A stretch of DNA of 57,862 bases, from positions 1-57,862 of IMG/VR virus record IMGVR_UViG_3300030108_003177. One strand, written 5' to 3'. A program made the translations under genes and the position numbers. Under the pieces are notes generated by a model, which worked only from the letters and a program-made list of their open reading frames with translations, was not told where the DNA came from and made no database searches. The stretch comes from a virus. Taxonomy: Duplodnaviria > Caudoviricetes. The stretch's first letter is position 1; every line of letters starts with the position of its first letter. This document shows, piece after piece, positions 47,335-55,706 of this stretch.

Positions 47335-48234
47335 ATGAACCAACCAAAAAAAGAAGAACAATTAGACTTAGAAATAGACCAGCAAGAGGAGGCTCAAGAT
47401 GTTGAAATCCCTGTCCAAGACGCGGCAGAAAATGCTGAAACTACAATTATACAAGAAGCTGACCCAGCTGAAGACCAGTTTGAAGAAGCTAAAAACAAAA
47501 CTGAAAAGCGTATTAACAGGCTTACTAAAAAAATGCGGGATCACGAAAAAAACGCAGATGAAGCCCTCAGGTTCGCCCAGCAAAAGGAAAAAGAAAACCA
47601 AGAGTTAAAAAATCGTCTTAACAAAATGGATACCAGTTATTTAAGTGAGTACACTGGTAGAGTAGATAGTCAAATGGCTCAAGCAGAAGCCACCCTTAAA
47701 GCAGCTATGGATTTAGGTGACACTGAAGCTGCTGTGGCCGCTCAAAAACAAATTAGTCAATTAGCAGTCCAAGCTGACAGAGCAAGTCAAGCAAGAGCGG
47801 CTCAAGAGAAAAAAGAAGAGCAGCTTAAAGCACAGCCGCAGGTGCAACCTCAGGCTCAACAACCTGTTGCTCCGCCCCCACCAGACCCAAAAGCTCAGGC
47901 TTGGGCAGAGCGTAACGATTGGTTTGGTAATGATAGTGCGATGACTTATGCTGCTTTTGGAATACATAAAGAATTAGTAGAACAAGATGGTATTGACCCA
48001 AAGACTGATGAATACTATACTGAATTAGATAAACGTATGAGCGAAGAGTTTCCTCATAAGTTTGCTAGTAAGACGCAAGGCAAAAAACTCGTCCAGAACG
48101 TAGCCTCCGCGTCAAGATCAAGTTCTGGACGTAGTAGTGGGAAGAAGTCTGTCAAGCTTACAGCAAGACAGGTTGCGTTAGCAAAAAAACTAGGCGTTCC
48201 TTTAGAAGAGTACGCAAAATATGTGAAGGAGTAA
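47335..48234 (+). CDS. Putative capsid scaffolding protein
   Basis: Acidic coiled coil; PDPKA..WA..N.WFG; C-terminal AKKLGVPLEEYAKY. Confidence 0.6.
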   Translation: MNQPKKEEQLDLEIDQQEEAQDVEIPVQDAAENAETTIIQEADPAEDQFEEAKNKTEKRINRLTKKMRDHEKNADEALRFAQQKEKENQELKNRLNKMDTSYLSEYTGRVDSQMAQAEATLKAAMDLGDTEAAVAAQKQISQLAVQADRASQARAAQEKKEEQLKAQPQVQPQAQQPVAPPPPDPKAQAWAERNDWFGNDSAMTYAAFGIHKELVEQDGIDPKTDEYYTELDKRMSEEFPHKFASKTQGKKLVQNVASASRSSSGRSSGKKSVKLTARQVALAKKLGVPLEEYAKYVKE

Positions 48235-48240
48235 TTGATT

Positions 48241-48726
48241 ATGGCAACACAAGACGAAATGTTTGAGAAACCTATTTCGAGGTCTCCTAGAACATCTAAT
48301 ACAAGAGAAAAGACAGCTGCAAGAAAACCGTGGGCTCCACCATCTATGTTGGACGCACCTCCTGCACCTGATGGCTTTAAACATCGCTGGATAAGAGCGG
48401 AAACCAGAGGGTTCAACGATAGTAAGAACATCTCTGCTAGAATACGAGAAGGTTGGGAACTCGTAAGAAAAGATGAATATCCAGATTTTGAAGCACCAGT
48501 TATAGATTCAGGCAAGTATGAGGGTGTATTTGGAGTTGGTGGACTAATTTTAGCTCGTATACCAGAAGAAACTGTTGCAGAACGCACAGCTTACTTTAAT
48601 GCAAGAAGTGCAGATCAAATGGAAGCAGTAGATTCTGATATGATGAGAGAAAATGCTCATTCTACTATGACAATTAGTAGACCAGATCGTCAGTCTCGCG
48701 TGAGCTTCGGAGGGAAAAAATCTTAA
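48241..48726 (+). CDS. Conserved head-module protein
   Basis: WAPPS.LDAP..PDGFKHRWIR, REGWELV; SD AAGGAG. Confidence 0.55.
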   Translation: MATQDEMFEKPISRSPRTSNTREKTAARKPWAPPSMLDAPPAPDGFKHRWIRAETRGFNDSKNISARIREGWELVRKDEYPDFEAPVIDSGKYEGVFGVGGLILARIPEETVAERTAYFNARSADQMEAVDSDMMRENAHSTMTISRPDRQSRVSFGGKKS

Positions 48727-48750
48727 CTTTTAACTTTAATGGAGACTTAA

Positions 48751-49383
48751 ATGGCTAATAATTTAGCAGGCGGCTATGGCTTACGTCCTATTGGGTTAGT
48801 AGGTGCGGGTGCTAACACTACTGGTACTACACAGTATGAAATTGCGTCCGATAATACAAACGCCATCTATCAAGGTGGTATAGTAATTCCTACTGCGGCA
48901 GGAGTCATAGACATAACTGACCAAGCGGTTGCACCGTTAGGAGTTTTTTATGGTGTTGAATATGTCGATTCAGGCACAAAGAAAACAACATTTAAAAACT
49001 TTTGGCCAGGATCAAATAATGTCAGTGTTGATACAAACTTCCCTATAAAAGCGTTTGTATTTGACAACCCTATGCAATTATTCACAGTAGTTGCAGACGG
49101 AACTAACACAAATAGAGCGACAGCCTTGGCTGATATTTTTGCAAATGCTAGTATGGCAAGTGTAAATAACGGTAGCACCAACACGGGTCAGTCTACTGAT
49201 ATGCTTGACATATCTACAGCTGCAACAACAGCAACTTTGGATGTCAGAATTGTAGGGTTGTATGAAGATGAAGGCAATACAGATTACTCAGCATTGGGTC
49301 ATCAGTATATTGTACGTCTTCTAGGACACTTTAACTCAGGCTTTGCGGCTGCCGTTGGTACCGCTGCCAATACTGGTATATAA
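48751..49383 (+). CDS. Capsid cement/decoration protein
   Basis: YGLRP, GVF.GVEY, DNP..LF; immediately before the major capsid gene. Confidence 0.55.
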   Translation: MANNLAGGYGLRPIGLVGAGANTTGTTQYEIASDNTNAIYQGGIVIPTAAGVIDITDQAVAPLGVFYGVEYVDSGTKKTTFKNFWPGSNNVSVDTNFPIKAFVFDNPMQLFTVVADGTNTNRATALADIFANASMASVNNGSTNTGQSTDMLDISTAATTATLDVRIVGLYEDEGNTDYSALGHQYIVRLLGHFNSGFAAAVGTAANTGI

Positions 49384-49395
49384 GGAGAATAGAGT

Positions 49396-50301
49396 ATGGC
49401 TATATCAAGAGCACAATTAGCGAAAGAGCTAGAGCCTGGTCTTAATGCCTTATTTGGCCTTGAGTATGACAGGTATGAAAATGAACACGCAGAAATATTT
49501 GATGAAGAGTCATCAGATAGAGCGTTTGAAGAAGAAGTGATGTTAGCAGGCTTTTCAACTGCACCGACTAAATCAGAAGGTGGAGCTGTGAGCTTTGATG
49601 ATGCACAAGAAACATTTACTGCAAGATATACACATGAGACTATTGCTCTTGCTTTCTCAATCACTGAGGAGGCAATTGAGGATAATCTTTATGATAGACT
49701 TGCAAGTAGATACACCAAAGCATTAGCTAGATCTATGGCACAGACCAAACAGATCAAAGCAGCTGCTATCCTAAACAATGCGTTTAGTACAAGTAGTGCA
49801 ATCGGTGACGGTGCTGCATTAGCATCTGCTTCTCACCCAACCATCAATGGTAACCAAAGCAACATTTTATCAACTGCTTCTGACTTAAATGAAACATCAC
49901 TTGAGCAGGCATTGATTGATATTGCTGGTTTCAAAGACGAAAGAGGGTTAAAAATTGCTGTAAGAGGCACAAAACTCATAATTCCAAAAGAATTACAGTT
50001 TACTGCTGAAAGAATTATGAACAGTAATTTAAGAGTTGGCACTTCAGACAATGATGCAAACGCAATCAAAAACATGGGTATGTTACCAGAAGGAGCGGTT
50101 GTAAACCACTTCTTAACAGACACAGATGCGTTCTTCATCAAGACTGATGCACCAAACGGTTTTAAATATTTCAACCGTTCACCTATCAAGACAGCTATGG
50201 AAGGCGATTTTGATACAGGAAACATGAGATTTAAAGCCAGAGAGCGTTACAGCTTTGGTGTTTCCGACTGGAGATGTGTATTCGCAACTCCTGGAGCATA
50301 A
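49396..50301 (+). CDS. Major capsid protein
   Basis: MAISRAQLAKELEPGLNALFGLEY...EGDFDTGNMRFKARERYSFG; strong SD and downstream terminator. Confidence 0.9.
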   Translation: MAISRAQLAKELEPGLNALFGLEYDRYENEHAEIFDEESSDRAFEEEVMLAGFSTAPTKSEGGAVSFDDAQETFTARYTHETIALAFSITEEAIEDNLYDRLASRYTKALARSMAQTKQIKAAAILNNAFSTSSAIGDGAALASASHPTINGNQSNILSTASDLNETSLEQALIDIAGFKDERGLKIAVRGTKLIIPKELQFTAERIMNSNLRVGTSDNDANAIKNMGMLPEGAVVNHFLTDTDAFFIKTDAPNGFKYFNRSPIKTAMEGDFDTGNMRFKARERYSFGVSDWRCVFATPGA

Positions 50302-50320
50302 AAATATTTACATATTTTAT

Positions 50321-50347
50321 AAGGGGTCTTTTCAGGCCCCTTTTTTT
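50321..50347 (+). terminator. Intrinsic terminator after the major capsid gene
   Basis: AAGGGGTCT-TTTC-AGGCCCCTT plus T-tract; a TATAAT follows at 50351. Confidence 0.8.
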
Positions 50348-50411
50348 ATGTATAATAGAAGTACCTTGACGAAGAATTAACTTCGACAATAGCCAAGACA
50401 AGGAGAAACAT

Positions 50412-51038
50412 ATGGCTAATTCAACTTTTTCAGGTCCTATAAGATCTGAAGGTGGTTTTACTTCTATAAGTAAAAATGCCTCTACAGGTGCAATCACAAC
50501 ACTATCAAGCATCAACTCAAGTGGAATCTCATCTTTTGATGCTAACACTATGCCAGTAGAAGCTGGCACAGGTATTACTGGTGGAACAGGAACCATTTAC
50601 AGAAGTTCTGTTCAAAGAGTTGGTGGAATTATAACAACAAGAATTTTAATTGACTTGACTGGTTTAAGATCAACTGCATCTGGAGACATCATCGGTGTTA
50701 ACGGTACATCTAATGTATGTCACATAGGTCAGATTACAGCTGCTAGAAACGGTACAATCTTAACAGGTAGTATGGAGTGTTTTGAAGCACCAGCAGGTGG
50801 TGATCCAGACATAAACGTACATTCTGCAACAGAAGGTACTGGTGTAGAAGATGGTGCTATTTCAAGTTTAACAGAAACATTATTGGTTAATGCTGGTGAT
50901 GCAACTCTTGGAAGTAAAGTTTATTTCACTGCGGTGCCAGCTGCTGATGAGTTTTTATATTTAACCCTTGGTGATACAACAGATGCCGATTATACAGCAG
51001 GTAAATTGTTTATTGAATTAATGGGCTACGAAGCTTAG
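50412..51038 (+). CDS. Virion structural protein (head fibre/decoration-like)
   Basis: MANSTFSGPIRSEGGF N-terminus, Gly/Thr-rich; follows the major capsid gene. Confidence 0.55.
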   Translation: MANSTFSGPIRSEGGFTSISKNASTGAITTLSSINSSGISSFDANTMPVEAGTGITGGTGTIYRSSVQRVGGIITTRILIDLTGLRSTASGDIIGVNGTSNVCHIGQITAARNGTILTGSMECFEAPAGGDPDINVHSATEGTGVEDGAISSLTETLLVNAGDATLGSKVYFTAVPAADEFLYLTLGDTTDADYTAGKLFIELMGYEA

Positions 51039-51051
51039 TTAGGAGATACAA

Positions 51052-51456
51052 ATGGCTGACGCAGTAACATCTCAAACTATTTTTGATGGCGATAAAAAGG
51101 TCATTCAGAAGTTTACAAATATTTCTGATGGAACCGGTGAGTCTGAAGTCAAAAAGGTGGATGTAAGTGCTTTAAACACAAATGGTCATGGACAAACTTG
51201 CACAGGTGTAACCATAGAAAAAATATGGTGGCAGTGTGTAGGCATGAAAACTCGGTTGTTTTTTGATGCCACTTCAAATGCTTTTATAATAGAATTAGGT
51301 GAAAACCAAAGTGGTTATCACGACTATTCTAGCTTTGGGGGCTTAAAAAATAATGCAGGTTCTGGTGTAACAGGAGATATTCTTTTTACAACGGTAGGTC
51401 ATTCAAGTGCAGATACTTATACTATCACGCTTGAAATGAGAAAGAACTATGACTAG
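51052..51456 (+). CDS. Virion structural protein
   Basis: MADAVTSQT, KFTN.SDGTGE..V.KVDVS.L, TGDI.FTT conserved in marine phages. Confidence 0.55.
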   Translation: MADAVTSQTIFDGDKKVIQKFTNISDGTGESEVKKVDVSALNTNGHGQTCTGVTIEKIWWQCVGMKTRLFFDATSNAFIIELGENQSGYHDYSSFGGLKNNAGSGVTGDILFTTVGHSSADTYTITLEMRKNYD

Positions 51457-51733
51457 GAAAAGGGACAAACAACCGCCTAGAACAAAAAAATATTACCGCC
51501 CCACTAAAAAAGGGGCGGGCATGACAGCAGCTGGGGTAGCTAAATACAGACGCGATAATCCGGGTAGTAAGCTTAAAACAGCTGTAACAGGCAAGGTAAA
51601 AAAGGGTTCAGCAGCCGCAAAACGGAGAAAGTCATTTTGTGCGAGAAGTGCAGGCCAGATGAAAAAATTTCCGAAAGCAGCTAAAAATCCTAATAGTAGA
51701 CTAAGACAAGCAAGAAGACGATGGAAGTGTTAA
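51449..51733 (+). CDS. Lys/Arg-rich protein
   Basis: GAGMT..GV..YRR.NPGSKL...RRKSFCAR...RRWKC. Confidence 0.65.
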   Translation: MTRKRDKQPPRTKKYYRPTKKGAGMTAAGVAKYRRDNPGSKLKTAVTGKVKKGSAAAKRRKSFCARSAGQMKKFPKAAKNPNSRLRQARRRWKC

Positions 51734-51939
51734 TGGCAACTAAGAGAGAAAAAGATTTTTTACATAATTTAGATAAAAGAATGTCTGTACTTGAAGAAGT
51801 AATAAAAAGATTAGAAAGTAACCATCTTACACATCTACAGGCACAAATTGACAAAATTGATAGGCGTGTGTGGATGTTAATAGCTGGTGTAGTGTTACAG
51901 CTAATATCAATCGTATTTATTTTTGTAGGGGGTAAATAA
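51733..51939 (+). CDS. Small coiled-coil plus transmembrane protein
   Basis: NHLTH coiled coil and C-terminal hydrophobic helix; TAATG coupling. Confidence 0.55.
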   Translation: MATKREKDFLHNLDKRMSVLEEVIKRLESNHLTHLQAQIDKIDRRVWMLIAGVVLQLISIVFIFVGGK

Positions 51940-52094
51940 TGGCCTTAACAGGTGTAGCAAAAAGAAAAGTCAAAAAAGTACAGGGTAAATTAAAAAAAGC
52001 AAGTAGAGCTCATGCTAATCAATCTAAAATATTAGGAAGTTTACTTAAAAATGGTAGCAAGACTAGAAACAATAAGAAAAAAAATAAAAGGTAA
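51939..52094 (+). CDS. Lys-rich protein (51 aa, not in ORF track)
   Basis: KVKKVQGKLKKASRAHANQ; TAATG coupling. Confidence 0.55.
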   Translation: MALTGVAKRKVKKVQGKLKKASRAHANQSKILGSLLKNGSKTRNNKKKNKR

Positions 52095-52194
52095 AAAAAA
52101 ACTGGGGTTTAGTGAAAGAGCAAGAGCTGTAAATAAGGGTTTATTGCCTAGTAAAGCGAAAAAAAATGACAAAAAAAAGAAAAAAAGATCCTAA
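52051..52194 (+). CDS. Lys-rich protein (47 aa, not in ORF track)
   Basis: MVARLETIRKKIKGKKKLGFSERARA..KGL. Confidence 0.45.
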   Translation: MVARLETIRKKIKGKKKLGFSERARAVNKGLLPSKAKKNDKKKKKRS

Positions 52195-52462
52195 AGTTGG
52201 AACAGGAAAAAAGCCGAAAGGTTCTGGCAGACGCTTATATACGGACGAAAACCCTAAGGACACGGTTAGTATTAAATTTGCTACGCCGTCGGATGCCAGA
52301 GCAACTGTTGCCAAGGTTAAAAAAATCAATAAACCGTTTGCGAGAAAGATACAAATACTTACGGTCGGTGAACAAAGAGCAAAAGTGATGGGCAAAACTC
52401 AAGTTGCAAATATATTTAAAAAAGGTAAAGATAGTATTAGAAAACAGAGGAGCACAGCATGA
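52166..52462 (+). CDS. Lys-rich protein
   Basis: GTGKKPKGSGRRLYTDENPKDTV.IKF. Confidence 0.6.
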   Translation: MTKKRKKDPKVGTGKKPKGSGRRLYTDENPKDTVSIKFATPSDARATVAKVKKINKPFARKIQILTVGEQRAKVMGKTQVANIFKKGKDSIRKQRSTA

Positions 52463-52689
52463 CCGTTGTAAGAACTGGACCCAAACCAGGTAAACAAACT
52501 GTTACATATTTTAAAAAGGGCGGTGCAGCAAAAAGCAAAGGTAGTAAAATATGTCCTGAAGGTAAAGCATGGGCAAAACGAACCTTTGATACATATCCTA
52601 GTGCATATGCAAATTTAGCCGCCTCAAAATATTGTAAAGATCCAAATTACGCAAAAAAGGCCAAGGGCGGTAAAAGAAAGGGTCGCTAG
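52459..52689 (+). CDS. Lys-rich protein
   Basis: FKKGG; ICPEGKAWAKR.FD.YPSAYAN. Confidence 0.6.
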   Translation: MTVVRTGPKPGKQTVTYFKKGGAAKSKGSKICPEGKAWAKRTFDTYPSAYANLAASKYCKDPNYAKKAKGGKRKGR

Positions 52690-53069
52690 TGGGTGAATTA
52701 AAAAAATGGTTAAAGCAAGATTGGGTGCGAATCGGCACTGACGGTAAGATTAAAGGGCCTTGCGGTACATCCAAAGATAAAAAAAATCCAGATCGTTGTT
52801 TACCACGAGCAAAGGCAAATAGCTTATCCCAATCAGAACGTGCCGCTACAGCAAGAAAAAAGAAAAAAGCAGGTGCAAAAGGTAAAACAGTTGTGGGTAA
52901 TACACCAGCAGCTAAAGTAAGAAAAATGGGTTCTGGAGGTGCAATACCTAGCACAAAAGCAAAAAGACCCTTTAAAGGTAAAGTAAAAACAGGTAGTGTA
53001 GTAGCCAGAGGCTGTGGAGCTGTTATGGCAAACAGACGTAAGGTTACACAGGGTTCAGTCAGTAGTTAA
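52689..53069 (+). CDS. Lys-rich protein
   Basis: LKKW.KQDWV...CG...CLP..KA; MGSGG; ARGCGAVM. Confidence 0.6.
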   Translation: MGELKKWLKQDWVRIGTDGKIKGPCGTSKDKKNPDRCLPRAKANSLSQSERAATARKKKKAGAKGKTVVGNTPAAKVRKMGSGGAIPSTKAKRPFKGKVKTGSVVARGCGAVMANRRKVTQGSVSS

Positions 53070-53083
53070 CAAAGGAGGGCAAA

Positions 53084-53353
53084 ATGCCAGCAAAAAAGAA
53101 AAAAAATATGAAGAAAAAAGGTTACGCCAAAATGATGGGTGGCGGTGCAGCCGGAATGAAAAAGAAGGGTTTCGCTAAAGGCGGAACTGTGAAAAAGATG
53201 AGAGGCGGCGGTGCAGCCGGAATGAAAAAGAAGGGTTACGCCAAAGGTGGTGCTGTCAAAAAGATGATGGGTGGCGGTGCAGCTGGCATGAAGAAAAAAG
53301 GTTTTGCTAAAGGCGGTGCTATTAAAAAGATGAGAAGAGGCGGCCGAGCATAA
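53084..53353 (+). CDS. Lys/Gly/Met-rich tandem-repeat protein (22-aa unit)
   Basis: 66-bp units start at 53132, 53198, 53264 and a partial one at 53330, with synonymous variation; SD AAGGAGG. Confidence 0.75.
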   Translation: MPAKKKKNMKKKGYAKMMGGGAAGMKKKGFAKGGTVKKMRGGGAAGMKKKGYAKGGAVKKMMGGGAAGMKKKGFAKGGAIKKMRRGGRA

Positions 53354-54022
53354 GTGCCTTATCTTCAAAGTAACATCCCGCATTTTAAATGCTGGGTGAG
53401 AAGAGAGTATACGCACAATCACGAAAAATATCATGGTGAATTTATTCATGCTATGGCTATTGCAGTCACTACCGTGCCTGATAGATGTTTAAGTTTTCAA
53501 ATGATTTTTACAGGTTGTGAGTCTGATTTTGATGAAAGTCAAAATATTAACGGTGGGGCTATGTGGGCTCGTATGCCGATCACAGCTCTAGTTGCAGATA
53601 CTCCTTTGGACAATTGGCCAGAGCCTATGCCTGTTCATTTAGTCCAACCTTGGGATTGTAGTTCTCATCATCATTCAATAATAAAACTAGACCGAGTGAG
53701 CTCTAGTCCTTGGAAATGTAAGATCGATGGTAAGTTTTACACAGGTAAATATCTTTTTACCGTAGATTATACAGAGTCAGATATAGCTGATGATCCTGCT
53801 CAACACAAACAAAGTCATGTAATAGAATTAACTGATGCTGGTAAATGGACTGGAAATATAGTAGCATTACCTAATAACAGGGTTCGTGCAACAAGTCCTG
53901 CATTATGGGAGACTGGTGAGGGTGCACCTGATTTTAAACCAAGCCAGTGGATTCATAACGCAGAATGTGATAATAGTTATATGGACCCTAGTGTTACATT
54001 TGATAACTTGTATAAGGATTAA
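53354..54022 (+). CDS. Conserved phage protein of unknown function
   Basis: GTG start abutting the previous stop; GGAMWARMPI, QPWDC.S, Y.FTVDY, QHKQSH, LPNNR. Confidence 0.6.
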   Translation: MPYLQSNIPHFKCWVRREYTHNHEKYHGEFIHAMAIAVTTVPDRCLSFQMIFTGCESDFDESQNINGGAMWARMPITALVADTPLDNWPEPMPVHLVQPWDCSSHHHSIIKLDRVSSSPWKCKIDGKFYTGKYLFTVDYTESDIADDPAQHKQSHVIELTDAGKWTGNIVALPNNRVRATSPALWETGEGAPDFKPSQWIHNAECDNSYMDPSVTFDNLYKD

Positions 54023-54024
54023 AC

Positions 54025-54693
54025 ATGGCAACATCAAGCTCAACAGATTTTGAATTAGACGTAGCAGAATATATAGAGGAGGCTTTTGAAAGATGTGGTC
54101 TTGAAGTAAGAACAGGCTATGATTTAAAAACTGCAAAAAGATCCATGAATTTAATGTTAGCTGAATGGGCTAATCGTGGTTTAAATCAATGGACAATAGA
54201 GCAGAGAACACAATCTTTGACTGCGAATGATACAGACTATTCTTTGGGCACAGATGTAATCGACATACTTTCAGCTGTTGTTAGACGAAGCAGCACTGAT
54301 TTTAGTTTAAGTAGAATTAGTAGAGACAGCTATTTAGCAATACCTACAAAAACTTCAACAGGACGTCCGACACAATTTTTTCTTGATAGACAAATCACAC
54401 CTAATTTAAAGATTTGGCCTGCACCTGAAAACAGTACAGACGTTATAATTTATGACGCCCTGACACGAATACAGGATGCAGATGCTCCTGTGAACACACT
54501 TGAGATACCATTTAGGTTTTATCCTTGTTTGACAGCTGGCCTTGCTTATTATTTATCCTTGAAAAAAAATCCTCAACTCACTCAAATGTTAAAGGTTATT
54601 TACGAAGAAGAGTTTGAAAGAGCTATGGGCGAGGACAGAGATAGATCAAGCTTTACTGTTACCCCAGAGTATCAATATTTTAGGAGCAACTGA
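54025..54693 (+). CDS. Head-tail adaptor/tail tubular protein
   Basis: IEEAFERCG, RS.NL...EWANRG.N.W, P.RF.PC..AGLAYY. Confidence 0.65.
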   Translation: MATSSSTDFELDVAEYIEEAFERCGLEVRTGYDLKTAKRSMNLMLAEWANRGLNQWTIEQRTQSLTANDTDYSLGTDVIDILSAVVRRSSTDFSLSRISRDSYLAIPTKTSTGRPTQFFLDRQITPNLKIWPAPENSTDVIIYDALTRIQDADAPVNTLEIPFRFYPCLTAGLAYYLSLKKNPQLTQMLKVIYEEEFERAMGEDRDRSSFTVTPEYQYFRSN

Positions 54694-55031
54694 TGGGTAG
54701 ATTTGCTTCAGGTAAACACTCGTTTGGGATATCTGACAGATCTGGTATGAGATATCGACTTAGAGATATGAAACTTGAGTGGAATGGTTCTTTAGTTGGA
54801 CCAGATGAATATGAAAGAAAACACCCACAGTTAGGCCCATTTAATGTCCCAGTTGACGGTCAAGCGATAAAAAACGCTAGGCCTGATAGTCCTACAGTGC
54901 CTGTTGACTTTTTAGTGTTTACAACTAATCCTATTGATAAGCCTACCTATACAGATAGCCATATACCAAAAAAACTTGATAGTTTTGAGGTTACAGGTAG
55001 TATTGGTAGTGTAACAGTGAGTGTGGCATGA
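54693..55031 (+). CDS. Neck-module hypothetical protein
   Basis: ASGK...ISDRSG..Y, EWNG..V..DE.E.KHPQL. Confidence 0.55.
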   Translation: MGRFASGKHSFGISDRSGMRYRLRDMKLEWNGSLVGPDEYERKHPQLGPFNVPVDGQAIKNARPDSPTVPVDFLVFTTNPIDKPTYTDSHIPKKLDSFEVTGSIGSVTVSVA

Positions 55032-55675
55032 GTTTTACATTAACAACATTGACAGCTTCAATTCAAGAATGGACAGAGAACGATGAAACTACGTTTGTAG
55101 CAGAAATACCTTTTTTTATAAAAAACGCAGAAGAAAGAATTTTTAAATCAGTAGACTTAGATTATTTTAGAAAAAATGTTACTGGTACAATGACAAGTGG
55201 TAATAAGTTTCTTGAAAAACCTTCAGATTATTTGGCAACGCACTCTTTATCCTATGTGAACGCTAGTAGCGAAAATGTTTTTTTGTTACAAAAAGATGTA
55301 AACTTCTTACAAGAATATACTCCTAATCCAGCAACTACTGGCTCTCCAATATATTATGCACAATTTGATGTAGATACATTTATAGTAGCCCCTACACCAA
55401 ATAGTGATTTTTCTGTAGAGTTGCACTATTATTATAGACCCGCTTCTCTTACTACAGACGATAGTGGTACAACATGGATTAGCACAAATGCCCCAGATGC
55501 TTTACTTTATGCAAGTTTAGTAGAGGCTTACACCTTCATGAAAGGTGAAAATGATCTAATTAAACTATACAATGATCGATATATGGAAGCTATAACAAGA
55601 CTTAAAGTATATTCTGAAGGTAGAAATTATTCTGACTCTTACAGAGATGGGTTGGTAAAAGTTCCTAAGTCTTGA
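55028..55675 (+). CDS. Phage adaptor/tail tubular protein
   Basis: FI.NAEERI, G.P.YYA, APTP, ELHY.Y.P, TW...APDALLY..L.EA..FMKGE. Confidence 0.65.
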   Translation: MSFTLTTLTASIQEWTENDETTFVAEIPFFIKNAEERIFKSVDLDYFRKNVTGTMTSGNKFLEKPSDYLATHSLSYVNASSENVFLLQKDVNFLQEYTPNPATTGSPIYYAQFDVDTFIVAPTPNSDFSVELHYYYRPASLTTDDSGTTWISTNAPDALLYASLVEAYTFMKGENDLIKLYNDRYMEAITRLKVYSEGRNYSDSYRDGLVKVPKS

Positions 55676-55706
55676 CGTTTATAAGATATTATGTATAGTA
55701 TCTTAT
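55672..55706 (+). promoter_or_regulatory. Promoter TTGACG-16-TATAGT with 10-bp-spaced hexamers; probably leaderless
   Basis: ATAAGA, ATGTAT, TCTTAT at 55681/91/701; ATG 7 nt after the -10 box. Confidence 0.5.

Noticed and set aside
48054-50596. Long minus-strand ORFs opposite the head genes
   Set aside because: Typical antisense frames of strongly codon-biased structural genes.
53132-53345. 66-bp tandem repeat as a CRISPR array or non-coding VNTR
   Set aside because: It has no unique spacers, stays in frame, and varies mostly at synonymous sites, so it is coding.
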